A stretch of DNA of 64,000 bases from Proteobacteria bacterium UBA6921 (GTDB taxonomy: Bacteria > Pseudomonadota > Gammaproteobacteria > SG8-11), in the NCBI GenBank assembly GCA_002450895.1, contig DKAR01000108.1:169-64168 (forward strand), in the 5' to 3' direction. A program made the translations under genes and the position numbers. Position 1 is the stretch's first letter. The number at the start of each line of letters is the position of its first letter. Below, one piece after another: positions 42,243 through 51,995 of this stretch. The notes below the pieces were generated by a model. That model saw only the letters and a program-made list of their open reading frames with translations, had not been told where the DNA came from and ran no database searches.

Positions 42243-43190
42243 ATGAGGCACTACGGTTTCTTGCTGGCCGCGGCGCTACTCAGCGCGTGCGTTGAGGACG
42301 CGCAAACCAATCATCCACCGGTGCTGGACGAAATCGGACCGTACGTGATTTCGGCGGGAACCCCATTCCAACTGACATTGACGGCCAACCACCCGGACGG
42401 AAACTCGCTGAGCTTCGCGTCGGATGGTGCGGTCGGCCCGAACGCCAATCCATACACCCCGTCATCCGCCGCACAGTTCTTTCCGCTGAGTGCGCTATTT
42501 ACCTGGACGCCGACCTCCGCGGAAATTGGTGACTACTCGGTCGAGTTCCGAGTTTCCGAAACAGACACGCCGGATTTGTCCTCGGACAGCGAGGTAGTGA
42601 CTCTCCGTGTCGTAGCGCCGGAAAACTACGGTCAGGCACTGTTTGAAACCCATTGTGCGAGCTGCCACGGCAAAACGGCCGGCGGCGCCACATCAAAAGG
42701 TGTACGCGGCGCCTCGGCGCCGGAAATTCTGACGACATTGCAGAATGTGGATGTAATGCGCACCCTCGCTCCCAAAATTTCCGAGAATGAAGCGGTCGCA
42801 ATTGCGGAGACGCTGGCGTTGTTCGCGCAGACGTATGGATCACACGATGACTTTGATCCGGCTGTCCGATGCATGACCTGTCACGATGGCCAAACGGCGA
42901 CAGGACAGAGCGCAACGCACCTGCCGACTACGAATGACTGCGCGGCCTGCCACACCACGGCGGCCTGGAAGCTTACGCAGTTTGATCACGCGAATATCCT
43001 TAGTGGCTGCGTGACTTGCCACAACGGTATTTTGGTCATCGGAAAGCCGGGTGTTCACGCGACGACGACTGACGTGTGCGAGGCCTGCCACAGTCCGGAA
43101 AAGTTCTATCCTGTGATTCAAGTTGATCATTCGCAGGTCATGCCCAACAAGTGCTACGAATGCCATCCTCCAATCGCGCTGGCTCGATAA
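42243..43190 (+). CDS. hexaheme c-type cytochrome lipoprotein with an N-terminal Ig/cadherin-like domain
   Basis: There is a lipoprotein signal (LLSAC) and six CxxCH motifs (CASCH, CMTCH, CAACH, CVTCH, CEACH, CYECH). Five are packed into ~110 aa with regularly spaced distal His. Confidence 0.8.
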   Translation: MRHYGFLLAAALLSACVEDAQTNHPPVLDEIGPYVISAGTPFQLTLTANHPDGNSLSFASDGAVGPNANPYTPSSAAQFFPLSALFTWTPTSAEIGDYSVEFRVSETDTPDLSSDSEVVTLRVVAPENYGQALFETHCASCHGKTAGGATSKGVRGASAPEILTTLQNVDVMRTLAPKISENEAVAIAETLALFAQTYGSHDDFDPAVRCMTCHDGQTATGQSATHLPTTNDCAACHTTAAWKLTQFDHANILSGCVTCHNGILVIGKPGVHATTTDVCEACHSPEKFYPVIQVDHSQVMPNKCYECHPPIALAR

Positions 43191-43203
43191 CTTCTTCCGT
43201 GCG

Positions 43204-43887
43204 TTAATGCCTCTGGCCGAATATCGCCGATCCGACCCGTACCAGCGTCGCGCCTTCCGCGATGGCCGCTTCCAGATCATCCGACATGCCCATTGAAAGC
43301 GTGTCGAGCGCGAAACCGGCACGTTGTAGTGCTTCCAATGCAATGCGCAACTGTGCGCACGCCACGCGCTGGCGCTCGAAATCGTCTTCCGGGGCTGGAA
43401 TAGCCATCAGGCCGCGCAGTTTCAGGTGCGGTAGCGATGCAATCTGGCGCGCGAGCGTTTCAAGTTCCGAAGGCGCAATGCCGGACTTCGATGCTTCTCC
43501 GCTGACATTGACCTGGATGCAGATATTGAGCGGCGCCAGGGCCTCAGGGCGCTGGTCGTTCAGGCGCTGTGCGATTTTCAGGCGATCGACACTGTGTACC
43601 CAATCAAAATACTCGGCGATATCGCGCGTCTTATTCGATTGGATCGGTCCGATGAAATGCCACTCGATCCCGGCGCCCGCCAACGCGTGTATTTTTGGCA
43701 GGGCTTCCTGAAGGTAGCTCTCGCCGAACCGGGTTTGTCCCACATCGCACGCGGCGCGAATCGCGCTGTCCGGAAACGTTTTTGACACGGCAATGAGTTG
43801 GACCGACCCCGGCGCGCGTCCAAAGCGCGTCTCAGCCGCCTCAATGCGGGAACGTACAGCGTTAAGATGTTGTGAGATTGCCGTCAC
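43204..43887 (-). CDS. yggS: YggS family pyridoxal-phosphate homeostasis protein
   Basis: It has the alanine-racemase N-domain fold and PLP-lysine region (LIAVSKT). It is divergent from pilT as in Pseudomonas. Confidence 0.85.
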   Translation of the reverse strand: MTAISQHLNAVRSRIEAAETRFGRAPGSVQLIAVSKTFPDSAIRAACDVGQTRFGESYLQEALPKIHALAGAGIEWHFIGPIQSNKTRDIAEYFDWVHSVDRLKIAQRLNDQRPEALAPLNICIQVNVSGEASKSGIAPSELETLARQIASLPHLKLRGLMAIPAPEDDFERQRVACAQLRIALEALQRAGFALDTLSMGMSDDLEAAIAEGATLVRVGSAIFGQRH

Positions 43888-43978
43888 GGATTCAATTGAC
43901 GCGCGGCGCGGCCGCTATAACGCAAGATGAAACCCTCTGCTAAGGTTTTCTTGCTCAGAGCCCCATTATAGGTGACCC

Positions 43979-45016
43979 ATGGATATCGCAGAACTGCTTG
44001 CGTTCGGCGCCAAGAACGGCGCTTCCGACTTACATCTTTCGGCGGGGGTATCGCCGATGATCCGCGTGGACGGCGACATGCGCCGCATCAACCTTCCCGC
44101 GCTCGATCACAAGACCGTTCATGGCCTGATTTACGACATCATGAACGACAAGCAACGCAAGGATTATGAAGAATTCCTGGAAACCGACTTTTCATTTGAA
44201 ATCCCGGGCCTGGCGCGTTTTCGTGTCAACGCGTTCAACCAGAATCGCGGCGCCGGCGCCGTATTCCGAACGATTCCCACCAACATCCTGACGCTTGAAG
44301 AACTCGGCGCGCCGGCCATCTTCAAGGAAATCGCGGACCAACCGCGCGGCCTGGTGCTGGTCACCGGTCCGACGGGCTCCGGCAAATCCACCACGCTGGC
44401 CGCAATGATCAACCACGTGAACGAAAGCGAATATGGTCATATCCTGACAATCGAAGACCCGATCGAATTCGTGCACGAAAGCAAAAAGTGCCTGATCAAC
44501 CAGCGCGAAGTACATCGTGACACGCTCGGTTTCGCGGAATCCCTTCGCTCCGCACTTCGTGAAGACCCGGACATCATTCTCGTCGGCGAAATGCGCGATC
44601 CGGAAACCATCGGACTGGCGCTCACCGCATCAGAAACCGGACACCTTGTGTTTGGCACCTTGCATACGAGCTCCGCGGCGAAAACCGTCGACCGTATCAT
44701 CGACGTGTTCCCGGCCGCCGAAAAAGAAATGGTGCGATCGATGCTCTCCGAATCACTGCGCGCCGTAATTTCGCAAACGCTGTGCAAGAAGTCATCCGGC
44801 GGTCGAGTCGCAGCGCATGAAATCATGATCGGTACCCCGGCGATTCGTAACCTGATTCGAGAAAACAAGGTTCCGCAGATGTACTCTGCGATTCAGACCG
44901 GCCAGCAGTATGGTATGCAGACGCTGGATCAGAACCTTCTCGATCTCGTGAAGAAGAATCTCATCACCAAGCAGGAAGCGGCGGGCAAGGCCGCCAACAA
45001 GGATGCCTTCAAGTAA
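43979..45016 (+). CDS. pilT: type IV pilus retraction ATPase PilT
   Basis: The Walker A motif GPTGSGKST, Asp box and His box are present. The protein is 345 aa. Confidence 0.95.
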   Translation: MDIAELLAFGAKNGASDLHLSAGVSPMIRVDGDMRRINLPALDHKTVHGLIYDIMNDKQRKDYEEFLETDFSFEIPGLARFRVNAFNQNRGAGAVFRTIPTNILTLEELGAPAIFKEIADQPRGLVLVTGPTGSGKSTTLAAMINHVNESEYGHILTIEDPIEFVHESKKCLINQREVHRDTLGFAESLRSALREDPDIILVGEMRDPETIGLALTASETGHLVFGTLHTSSAAKTVDRIIDVFPAAEKEMVRSMLSESLRAVISQTLCKKSSGGRVAAHEIMIGTPAIRNLIRENKVPQMYSAIQTGQQYGMQTLDQNLLDLVKKNLITKQEAAGKAANKDAFK

Positions 45017-45031
45017 CCCGGGAGTCGTTGT

Positions 45032-46168
45032 ATGGGTACAACCGCGGAACTCGACGCGCTGCTCACCAGCATGGCGCAGAATGGCGCGTCAGATCTTTTC
45101 CTGACGGTTGGATTGCCGCCCAGTTTCAAGATTCACGGCAAGCTCATATCCTCGGCCAGCCCGGCACTCACCGCGGATTATCTCAGTCGGTTGGCCGAAG
45201 CCGTGATGACGCCCGATCAACGTTCGGAATTCCAACTGACGCAAGAATGCAATTTTGCGCTGTCCCGCGAAAACATCGGGCGATTCCGCGTCAATGTGTT
45301 TCAGCAAAAGTATCAGGTCGGGATGGTGCTGCGAAAAATCGAGACGCGCATACCGACGCTTGAGGAACTTGGCCAACCGCAAACGGTGATCGATCTGGCC
45401 ATGGCCAAACGTGGACTCATCATTGTGGTAGGCGCCACGGGCTGTGGAAAATCAACGACGCTGGCGGCAATGATCGGGCACAGAAATCGCCACAGCAACG
45501 GCCATATCGTCACTATTGAAGACCCGATCGAATTCATTCACGAACATGTCGGTTGCATGATCACGCAGCGCGAAGTCGGCGTGGACACGCAGTCGTTTGA
45601 GAATGCATTGAAGAATACCTTGCGCCAGTCGCCCGACGTGATTCTGATCGGCGAGATCCGGGCACGTGAGACCATGCAGCATGCAATCGCGTTTTCCGAA
45701 ACCGGGCATCTTTGTCTTGCGACTCTGCACGCGAACAACGCGAATCAGGCGCTGGATCGCATCATAAATTTCTTCCCTGAAGACCGGCGGGGTCAGTTGC
45801 TGCTGGATCTTTCCGTCAACCTGAAGGGAATCATTGCGCAACAACTGATCCCGTCGCCGGATCGGCAAGGGCGGCGCCTGGCCCTGGAGCTGTTGCTCAA
45901 TACGCCGTTGATGAGCCAGCTGATCCTCAAGGGCGAACAGCACAAGGTGAAGGACCTGATGAAGAAGTCCAAAACGTTGGGCATGCAGACGTTCGACCAG
46001 GCATTGCAGGATCTTTACAACACCGGGCAAATCACCGCCGAAGACGCCATACATCACGCGGACGCGCCGAACGAATTGCGCTTGCAGATCAAGCTTGGAA
46101 AAGAGCCCGAGGCAGAGAAGAAGGGCGGTAGCCTGAAAGGCGTGACAATTATTCCGCGTGAGCTCTGA
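45032..46168 (+). CDS. pilU: type IV pilus ATPase PilU
   Basis: A PilT paralog (GATGCGKST) sits immediately downstream of pilT. The protein is 378 aa. Confidence 0.9.
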   Translation: MGTTAELDALLTSMAQNGASDLFLTVGLPPSFKIHGKLISSASPALTADYLSRLAEAVMTPDQRSEFQLTQECNFALSRENIGRFRVNVFQQKYQVGMVLRKIETRIPTLEELGQPQTVIDLAMAKRGLIIVVGATGCGKSTTLAAMIGHRNRHSNGHIVTIEDPIEFIHEHVGCMITQREVGVDTQSFENALKNTLRQSPDVILIGEIRARETMQHAIAFSETGHLCLATLHANNANQALDRIINFFPEDRRGQLLLDLSVNLKGIIAQQLIPSPDRQGRRLALELLLNTPLMSQLILKGEQHKVKDLMKKSKTLGMQTFDQALQDLYNTGQITAEDAIHHADAPNELRLQIKLGKEPEAEKKGGSLKGVTIIPREL

Positions 46169-46331
46169 TCCAGTTACGTTAAGTGCAACCACTTTCGGTG
46201 TTTTAGGATCCCGATTGCGACTTTTTGTGAGCCCAGTCTTTTTAGTTTTAAACGGGCTAAAAAGCGCTTATTCAGCGAAGCTGATCAGGCAAAAGGTCGG
46301 AACGCAGAAAGGCGCGCTCGCCGATCCAGCG

Positions 46332-47276
46332 TCACTTTAACTCAAGCTCACCATTTGAAGTGAACTCCCAAGTGCGCGTTATGTGCAAGATGTCGAATTC
46401 ATTTCGGAACGTGGCCGGAAATGCTGCAAAAGGCGCCGCAAGGTACACAATTTTCTTGCACGCGTCGTCGAGACGTTGATTTCCTGATGAGCGGCGAATT
46501 TGTGTCTCAACAATTGTGCCATCCTGCATGATCGCGACGTCCAGGATCAAAGTAGTTGGGAGACTGCGATGAAGTGCAGAGTCGGGGAAATTTAGTTCCG
46601 CAGCTCGCTTAACCTTGTGCGACCAGTCGTCAATATACGTTGCATACTTAGATTGTGCGGAAGTTGCGGCCGACAAGAATTTGCTGCGTGGCCGCTTGGC
46701 ATATATTTCCATGAGTTCACCCTGCTCGGCGCTAAAGTGACCGTGTTCCCCAGCGCCTTCCTGTATTGAATAAATCGACTGTGCTACGCGCTCCAAGTCT
46801 TGAAATCTTATTGGAACGTCATCTAGGAAAGACACAATCAGTATCGCTTCCACTTTCATTGGAAGTACCAATTCGCCCATGTCTTTTGAAATACCGTTAA
46901 ACGGTTCAGAAAGGAAAATCGAGCGCAAGATCGCTTCGTCGAGAGAGTCGTATCTTGTTTTCTTTATGACCTTGACGCCTTCAATCTTTCCATCAGCGCG
47001 GAGAAATACATCGATTGCCGTACGTAAAGGCTGTGGCCCGGTGGGCAATCCGTTCGGGAAAAGTCTCTGCGCCGTTTCGTTAACTTTCGCAAGCCATTTG
47101 GCGAGATAGTCGATGCGAGACTGTTTTTCGGATTCAATTTGATCGCGCGGGGCGGAAAATGATTGAACTTGGATTGGCGGATCTGCTTTGGCCTCATCCG
47201 CTTTGAGAACTTTTGGACATGCAATGACGGCGGATAGAGCCACCAAGAAGACGGTCCGAGACAGAATATTTTTCAA
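46332..47276 (-). CDS. secreted/lipoprotein-like protein with two tandem TonB C-terminal-like domains; low-GC gene
   Basis: It has a signal peptide (MKNILSRTVFLVALSAVIAC). The second domain is ~60% identical to the C-domain of the tonB3-like gene at 51996..52898. A TTG start overlaps the stop of the upstream pyrK-like gene. GC is visibly ~10 points lower than the flanks. Confidence 0.6.
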   Translation of the reverse strand: MKNILSRTVFLVALSAVIACPKVLKADEAKADPPIQVQSFSAPRDQIESEKQSRIDYLAKWLAKVNETAQRLFPNGLPTGPQPLRTAIDVFLRADGKIEGVKVIKKTRYDSLDEAILRSIFLSEPFNGISKDMGELVLPMKVEAILIVSFLDDVPIRFQDLERVAQSIYSIQEGAGEHGHFSAEQGELMEIYAKRPRSKFLSAATSAQSKYATYIDDWSHKVKRAAELNFPDSALHRSLPTTLILDVAIMQDGTIVETQIRRSSGNQRLDDACKKIVYLAAPFAAFPATFRNEFDILHITRTWEFTSNGELELK

Positions 47277-48148
47277 GCAAATACGCTATTGGCATCGAAC
47301 ACCGGGCCATCCACGCACACGCGCTTCATGTAAACACCACTCGGCGTTTTCACTTCGACTGTACAGCCGGCGCAGCCGCCGACCGCACATGCCATGAATT
47401 CTTCCAAAGACACCTGACACGGAAGATTAAATTCGCGGGCCAATTTGGCGGTGGCGGCCAGCATCGGATGCGGCCCGCACGCAAAAATTTCCACTTCATC
47501 GCGTTGTTCCTGCGTCAACGTTTTGAGCCAGGCGCGAGCCAGATCGGTGACATAGCCTTCAAAGCATCCCGCGTACCCCTGCAGACTCGCCAGGCGACTG
47601 GGAATGCCCCAGTCTTCGAGCAATGGCATGCACGCAATGACGCCGTCCGGCATGCCCGGAACCACCATCTGCGACGGACGCGCGTTGAACGGAAACGGAA
47701 CTTCCGATCCCATGATGACGAAGGGTCGATACGATTTTTCCGCGCGCAGCGAATCGGCAATAAACACCATCGGTGGAATTCCGACGCCGCCGCCAAGCAG
47801 CAGCGGTCGCGTGCGCAAGGCGTGTGTCTGGAACGGCGTGCCGATCGGGCCGAGCACGCTGATTTCATCGCCCACTTTTCGTCGCGCCAATTGTCGGGTG
47901 CCTTCGCCGACGACCTTGTACAGGAAATCAACCCATCCTTCCGTCGGACTGCACCGCATGATCGACAGTGGACGGCGCATGGGCACCATCGGATCGACCT
48001 GCAGGTGGGCAAAACTTCCGGGACGTGCACTGCGTGCAACTTCCGGGGCGCGCACGCGCAGGACAAATTGCTCGCCGGGGAACGCATCGTGCGCGAGAAC
48101 GCGCGCGTGGTCATCGAGCAGGATCGTATTGCGATGGGTGGAGCTCAT
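47273..48148 (-). CDS. PyrK-like FAD/NAD(P)-binding oxidoreductase with a C-terminal 2Fe-2S cluster (dihydroorotate dehydrogenase electron-transfer subunit family)
   Basis: It has an FNR-like fold and the cluster motif CAVGGCAGC..C. There is no adjacent pyrD. Confidence 0.6.
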   Translation of the reverse strand: MSSTHRNTILLDDHARVLAHDAFPGEQFVLRVRAPEVARSARPGSFAHLQVDPMVPMRRPLSIMRCSPTEGWVDFLYKVVGEGTRQLARRKVGDEISVLGPIGTPFQTHALRTRPLLLGGGVGIPPMVFIADSLRAEKSYRPFVIMGSEVPFPFNARPSQMVVPGMPDGVIACMPLLEDWGIPSRLASLQGYAGCFEGYVTDLARAWLKTLTQEQRDEVEIFACGPHPMLAATAKLAREFNLPCQVSLEEFMACAVGGCAGCTVEVKTPSGVYMKRVCVDGPVFDANSVFA

Positions 48149-48149
48149 G

Positions 48150-49427
48150 TCACGCCTTTCCGTAAACGACTTTGCCGCCGACCAGGGTCCATCGCACGCG
48201 GCCGCGCATTTCCCAGCCGGAGAACGGCGTGTTGCGGCCGCGGGATTTCAGTTGGTTCGGATCGAGCATCCAGGATTCATTTGGATCGAAGATGCAGATG
48301 TCCGCGTCGCGGCCAACGCCCAGCGTTCCCGACGAAAGTCCGAGAATCTGCGCTGGCCCCGACGTCACGCGCGCGAGCGCATCGCGCAGTGTCATGCGCA
48401 GGTCGGTCTGGACGCGCAGCAACAGCGGTAACAACGTCTCGACGCCGGAAATGCCGGGCTCGCTTTCGGAAAACGGCACTTCTTTGGCGTCCGGATCATG
48501 CGGTTGATGGTCGGAACACACCGCGGCCAGTGTTCCGCGCTGCACGCTCGATCGGAGCGCATCGCGATCTCGCGTCGTACGCAGCGGCGGTCGCACGTGG
48601 CATTGTGTGTTGAAGTCCGCGGCATCCATTTCGGTGAGGTGTAGGTGGTGGACGGCGACATCGGCTGTGACCGGCAGGCCATCGTACTGGGCGCGCGCCA
48701 CCATCTGGACTGCGCGCGCGGTGGACAAACCGCAAAAGTGCGCTGAAACGCCGGTGTGCTGGATGAGCAGGAGATCGCGACTCACTGCAATTGTCTCCGC
48801 GATTTCCGGAACGCCCGTCAAACCGAGCCGTGCACTGACGGCGCTTTCATTGATGCACCCCTTGGCCAGCGCGGGATCTTCGGCGTGAATGAAGACGCGA
48901 AGTCCCAGACTCGCGGCATATTCGAACGCGCGGCGCAGCACCGTCAGGTCCGCGATGGGCCGCTGCGCATTGCTGACGCCAACGCAACCCGCGCGTTGTA
49001 ACGCGCCCATCTCGGCCAGCTTCTCGCCGCGCAATTCGCGCGTCATCGCGCCCAGCGTAACAATGCGCGCCGTACCGGCTTCGTTCGCGCGATGCAGGAT
49101 CAAATCCGTCACCGCAGGCGTGTCGTTGATCGGGTCCGTATCGGGCGGACAGCAGAGTGTCGTGATGCCGCCCGAAACGGCCGCCGCACACTCGCTCGCT
49201 ATGGTTCCTTTGTGTTCCTGTCCCGGCTCACGCGGACGGACGCGCAAATCGATCAATCCGGGGCACACCACCAGGCGCTGCGCGTCGATCACCAGATCGG
49301 CTTCAAATCCCGCGGGCGCGGAACCGATGGCGAGAATCTTTCCATCGCTGACGAATACGTCACGCACTTCGTCCGTTGAATTGGCCGGATCGACAACATG
49401 TCCGCCGGCGATGACGATGCGCTTCAT
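48150..49427 (-). CDS. pyrC': dihydroorotase-like protein, probably non-catalytic (PyrC' type, structural partner of aspartate carbamoyltransferase)
   Basis: It has the amidohydrolase fold. The metal-binding HxH is replaced by LRVRP ([12 protein letters not shown]). It lies downstream of pyrB as in Pseudomonas. Confidence 0.75.
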   Translation of the reverse strand: MKRIVIAGGHVVDPANSTDEVRDVFVSDGKILAIGSAPAGFEADLVIDAQRLVVCPGLIDLRVRPREPGQEHKGTIASECAAAVSGGITTLCCPPDTDPINDTPAVTDLILHRANEAGTARIVTLGAMTRELRGEKLAEMGALQRAGCVGVSNAQRPIADLTVLRRAFEYAASLGLRVFIHAEDPALAKGCINESAVSARLGLTGVPEIAETIAVSRDLLLIQHTGVSAHFCGLSTARAVQMVARAQYDGLPVTADVAVHHLHLTEMDAADFNTQCHVRPPLRTTRDRDALRSSVQRGTLAAVCSDHQPHDPDAKEVPFSESEPGISGVETLLPLLLRVQTDLRMTLRDALARVTSGPAQILGLSSGTLGVGRDADICIFDPNESWMLDPNQLKSRGRNTPFSGWEMRGRVRWTLVGGKVVYGKA

Positions 49428-50422
49428 CGTTCTGCTCCTGGCCGGCGAACCTCGCCTTCATCCGCATTGCCGCGTCCCAGAACCATGGCCATGACGGCCA
49501 TGCGCACAGCGATTCCGTTCGTCACCTGTTCGAGGATGACGGAACGTGCACCGTCGGCAACGCGCGAGTCGATTTCAACGCCGCGATTGATCGGCCCCGG
49601 ATGCAGCACGATGGCATCGGGCTTTGCGTGTGCAAGGGTGTCTTCATTGAGACCGTAGAGCTGGAAGTACTCGTGCTCACTGGGCAGGAATGCGCCCTCC
49701 ATGCGCTCACGTTGCAAGCGCAGCATCAGCACGGCATCGACATCACTCAAGCCGGCGCGCAGGTCGTGCACAACGTGCACGCCGAATGTCGAGGCGTCGC
49801 GAGGAATCAATGTTTTCGGACCGATCACGCGAATTTCATGGGCACCGAGAATCGAAAGCGCATGAATCTGCGAACGCGCGACGCGTGAATGCAGGATGTC
49901 GCCGACGATGGCCACTTTGAGTTTATTAAATTCGCCCTTGTGGCGGCGGATCGTAAACATGTCCAGCATCGCCTGGGTCGGGTGCGCATGGCATCCGTCG
50001 CCGCCGTTGATCACGCTGATGTGCGGGGCGACATGACGCGCGATGAAATGCGCCGCACCGCTGCGGTTGTGTCGCACGACAAACATGTCGCAGTGCATTG
50101 CCTCCAGATTGCGCAGCATGTCGAGCATGCTCTCGCCCTTGCTGGTGGATGAGGTGGCGACATTGATGTTCAGTACGTCTGCGGAAAGCCGCTTCGCAGC
50201 AAGCTCGAAGGTGGTTCGGGTACGCGTGCTGGATTCGAAAAACAGATTGGTGATGGTCTTGCCGCGCAATAGCGGCACTTTCTTTACCGCCTGTTCTCCC
50301 ACCGTCGCAAATGATTCGGCGGTGTCGAGGATGTCGGTGAGAATCTGGCGGCTCAACCCTTCAACGGTCAGAAAGTGGCGTAGCCGTCCCTTGTCGTCGA
50401 GCTGGATGTCGCGGACGCTCAT
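49424..50422 (-). CDS. pyrB: aspartate carbamoyltransferase catalytic subunit
   Basis: The motifs STRTR and HPTQ are present, and the carbamoyl-phosphate and aspartate binding residues are conserved. Confidence 0.95.
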   Translation of the reverse strand: MSVRDIQLDDKGRLRHFLTVEGLSRQILTDILDTAESFATVGEQAVKKVPLLRGKTITNLFFESSTRTRTTFELAAKRLSADVLNINVATSSTSKGESMLDMLRNLEAMHCDMFVVRHNRSGAAHFIARHVAPHISVINGGDGCHAHPTQAMLDMFTIRRHKGEFNKLKVAIVGDILHSRVARSQIHALSILGAHEIRVIGPKTLIPRDASTFGVHVVHDLRAGLSDVDAVLMLRLQRERMEGAFLPSEHEYFQLYGLNEDTLAHAKPDAIVLHPGPINRGVEIDSRVADGARSVILEQVTNGIAVRMAVMAMVLGRGNADEGEVRRPGAER

Positions 50423-50925
50423 GGTGACTCCTGCACCGACAGCTGAAGCGGATCGGGACCGCCGAGCTTCACATGTTCATGTTCGGTCAGTTTCATATGG
50501 ACGCCGACGACGGCCGCCTCGATCGGAAGTTCGCGACCGCTGCGTTCCACCAGAACCACAAGCGTCACTGACGCGGGTCGTCCGTAGTCGAAGAGTTCGT
50601 TCAGTGCCGCGCGTATCGTACGTCCGGTATGCAGGACGTCGTCCACCAGCACGATGTGCTTGTCGTCGATCGAATACGGAAGGCGCGAGGGCTTGACCTG
50701 CGGGTTGATGCCGACGCGCGTGAAGTCGTCGCGGTAAAACGAGATATCGAGCGTGCCGAGGGGTTGTTGCAATCCGAGCTGGGAATGCAGCCGGCCGGCG
50801 ATCCACACACCACCGGTGTGGATACCCACCATCAGTGGATCGGTAATGCCGCGTTCGGTAAACAATTGCCGGAGGTCCCGCGCCATGCGGTCTATGACGG
50901 ATTCAATCTCCGGCGCGGTCTTCAT
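50419..50925 (-). CDS. pyrR: bifunctional pyrimidine operon regulator / uracil phosphoribosyltransferase PyrR
   Basis: The PRTase motif [17 protein letters not shown] is present. It lies upstream of pyrB. Confidence 0.85.
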   Translation of the reverse strand: MKTAPEIESVIDRMARDLRQLFTERGITDPLMVGIHTGGVWIAGRLHSQLGLQQPLGTLDISFYRDDFTRVGINPQVKPSRLPYSIDDKHIVLVDDVLHTGRTIRAALNELFDYGRPASVTLVVLVERSGRELPIEAAVVGVHMKLTEHEHVKLGGPDPLQLSVQESP

Positions 50926-51340
50926 GCGATTCAGTCTGCTCCAGCCAACTCTGCAGGATGAGCTGGGCGGCGAGTTTATCAGAATCAGTCCCGCGCTTGG
51001 AGCCGGATTGAGCAATCAGTCGCTCCGCCTCATGCGTGGACAGTCGCTCGTCCATCCAGTGGACCGGCAGCTTAAACCGCTCGTGGAGCTGATTTCCAAA
51101 GCGTCGTGTACGCGGTGTGATTTCCGTTTCGGTGCCATCCATATTCAGAGGAAGTCCGACCACGAAGGCCTGCGGTTGCCACTCTTTAAGCAGGCGTTCC
51201 ACTGCGCTCCAATCGGGTTTGCCATTGTTGGCGGCGAGGGTTTCCAGCGCGGTGGCAGTGTGCGTAAGTGACTGACCCACGGCGACGCCGATGCGCTTGA
51301 GGCCGAAGTCGAAGCCCAGGTAGGTTTTGCTGGCGGTCAT
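50903..51340 (-). CDS. ruvX: Holliday-junction resolvase-like protein RuvX/YqgF
   Basis: [16 protein letters not shown] and the RNase H-like fold are present. Confidence 0.9.
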   Translation of the reverse strand: MTASKTYLGFDFGLKRIGVAVGQSLTHTATALETLAANNGKPDWSAVERLLKEWQPQAFVVGLPLNMDGTETEITPRTRRFGNQLHERFKLPVHWMDERLSTHEAERLIAQSGSKRGTDSDKLAAQLILQSWLEQTESHEDRAGD

Positions 51341-51367
51341 TGTGAAGCGCCGCGGGTGCCACCCGCA

Positions 51368-51928
51368 CTACGCGTGGCCAACGTCGTTGGAGATCCGCGA
51401 GATGTCCACGCCGAGCGATGACGCGGCGACGTTCCAGCGCTGTTCGACGGGTGTTTTAAAGATGATGCGGGCGTCAGCGGGTGCGCTGAGCCATGCGTTC
51501 TCCGCCATTTCTTTTTCCAGCTGGCCGGCGCCCCAGCCGGCGTAACCCAAGGCAATCAGGCAACTCTTGGGACCCTTGCCAGCGGCGACGGCCGCGACGA
51601 TGTCGCGCGACGTGGTCAGGCCGATGCTGCGCGTGATCTTCAGCGTCGAATCCCACTTTCCGACCGGCTGGTGGATGACAAAACCGCGGTCGGTATGAAC
51701 CGGACCGCCGAGATAAACCTCTTTGTCGCGGACCTTGGGGCTGACCGCCTCAATCGCCATCTGCTCGAGCACTTCGCCCAGCTTCAACTCAAGCTCGCGG
51801 TTGATCACGATGCCCATGGCACCGTGTTCATTGTGTTCGCAGATGTACGTGACCGTATGGTGGAAATTGGGATCGGCCAGGGAAGGCATCGCGATCAGGA
51901 AATGGTTGGCCAACGAGGTGCCGGGCAT
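51368..51928 (-). CDS. yqgE: YqgE/AlgH family protein (UPF0301)
   Basis: The sequence LANHFLIAMPSLADPNFHHTVTYICEHNEHGAMGIVINR is present. I chose the internal Met start. Confidence 0.85.
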   Translation of the reverse strand: MPGTSLANHFLIAMPSLADPNFHHTVTYICEHNEHGAMGIVINRELELKLGEVLEQMAIEAVSPKVRDKEVYLGGPVHTDRGFVIHQPVGKWDSTLKITRSIGLTTSRDIVAAVAAGKGPKSCLIALGYAGWGAGQLEKEMAENAWLSAPADARIIFKTPVEQRWNVAASSLGVDISRISNDVGHA

Positions 51929-51995
51929 GGGTATAGTATCGACCACCCTTCCTCGTTGTGACAAGCGACCGCGTGTCCGGGATCGTGGCACGGGT

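Noticed and set aside
46169-46331. AT-richer intergenic segment after pilU checked for a tRNA or integration site
   Set aside because: No T-loop (GTTCGA) or cloverleaf pattern is visible and there are no direct repeats. It is probably just terminator and promoter sequence flanking the low-GC gene.
47468-48613. 381-aa plus-strand ORF opposite the pyrK-like and pyrC' genes
   Set aside because: It is antisense to two well-supported genes and its translation is Arg-rich with no motifs.
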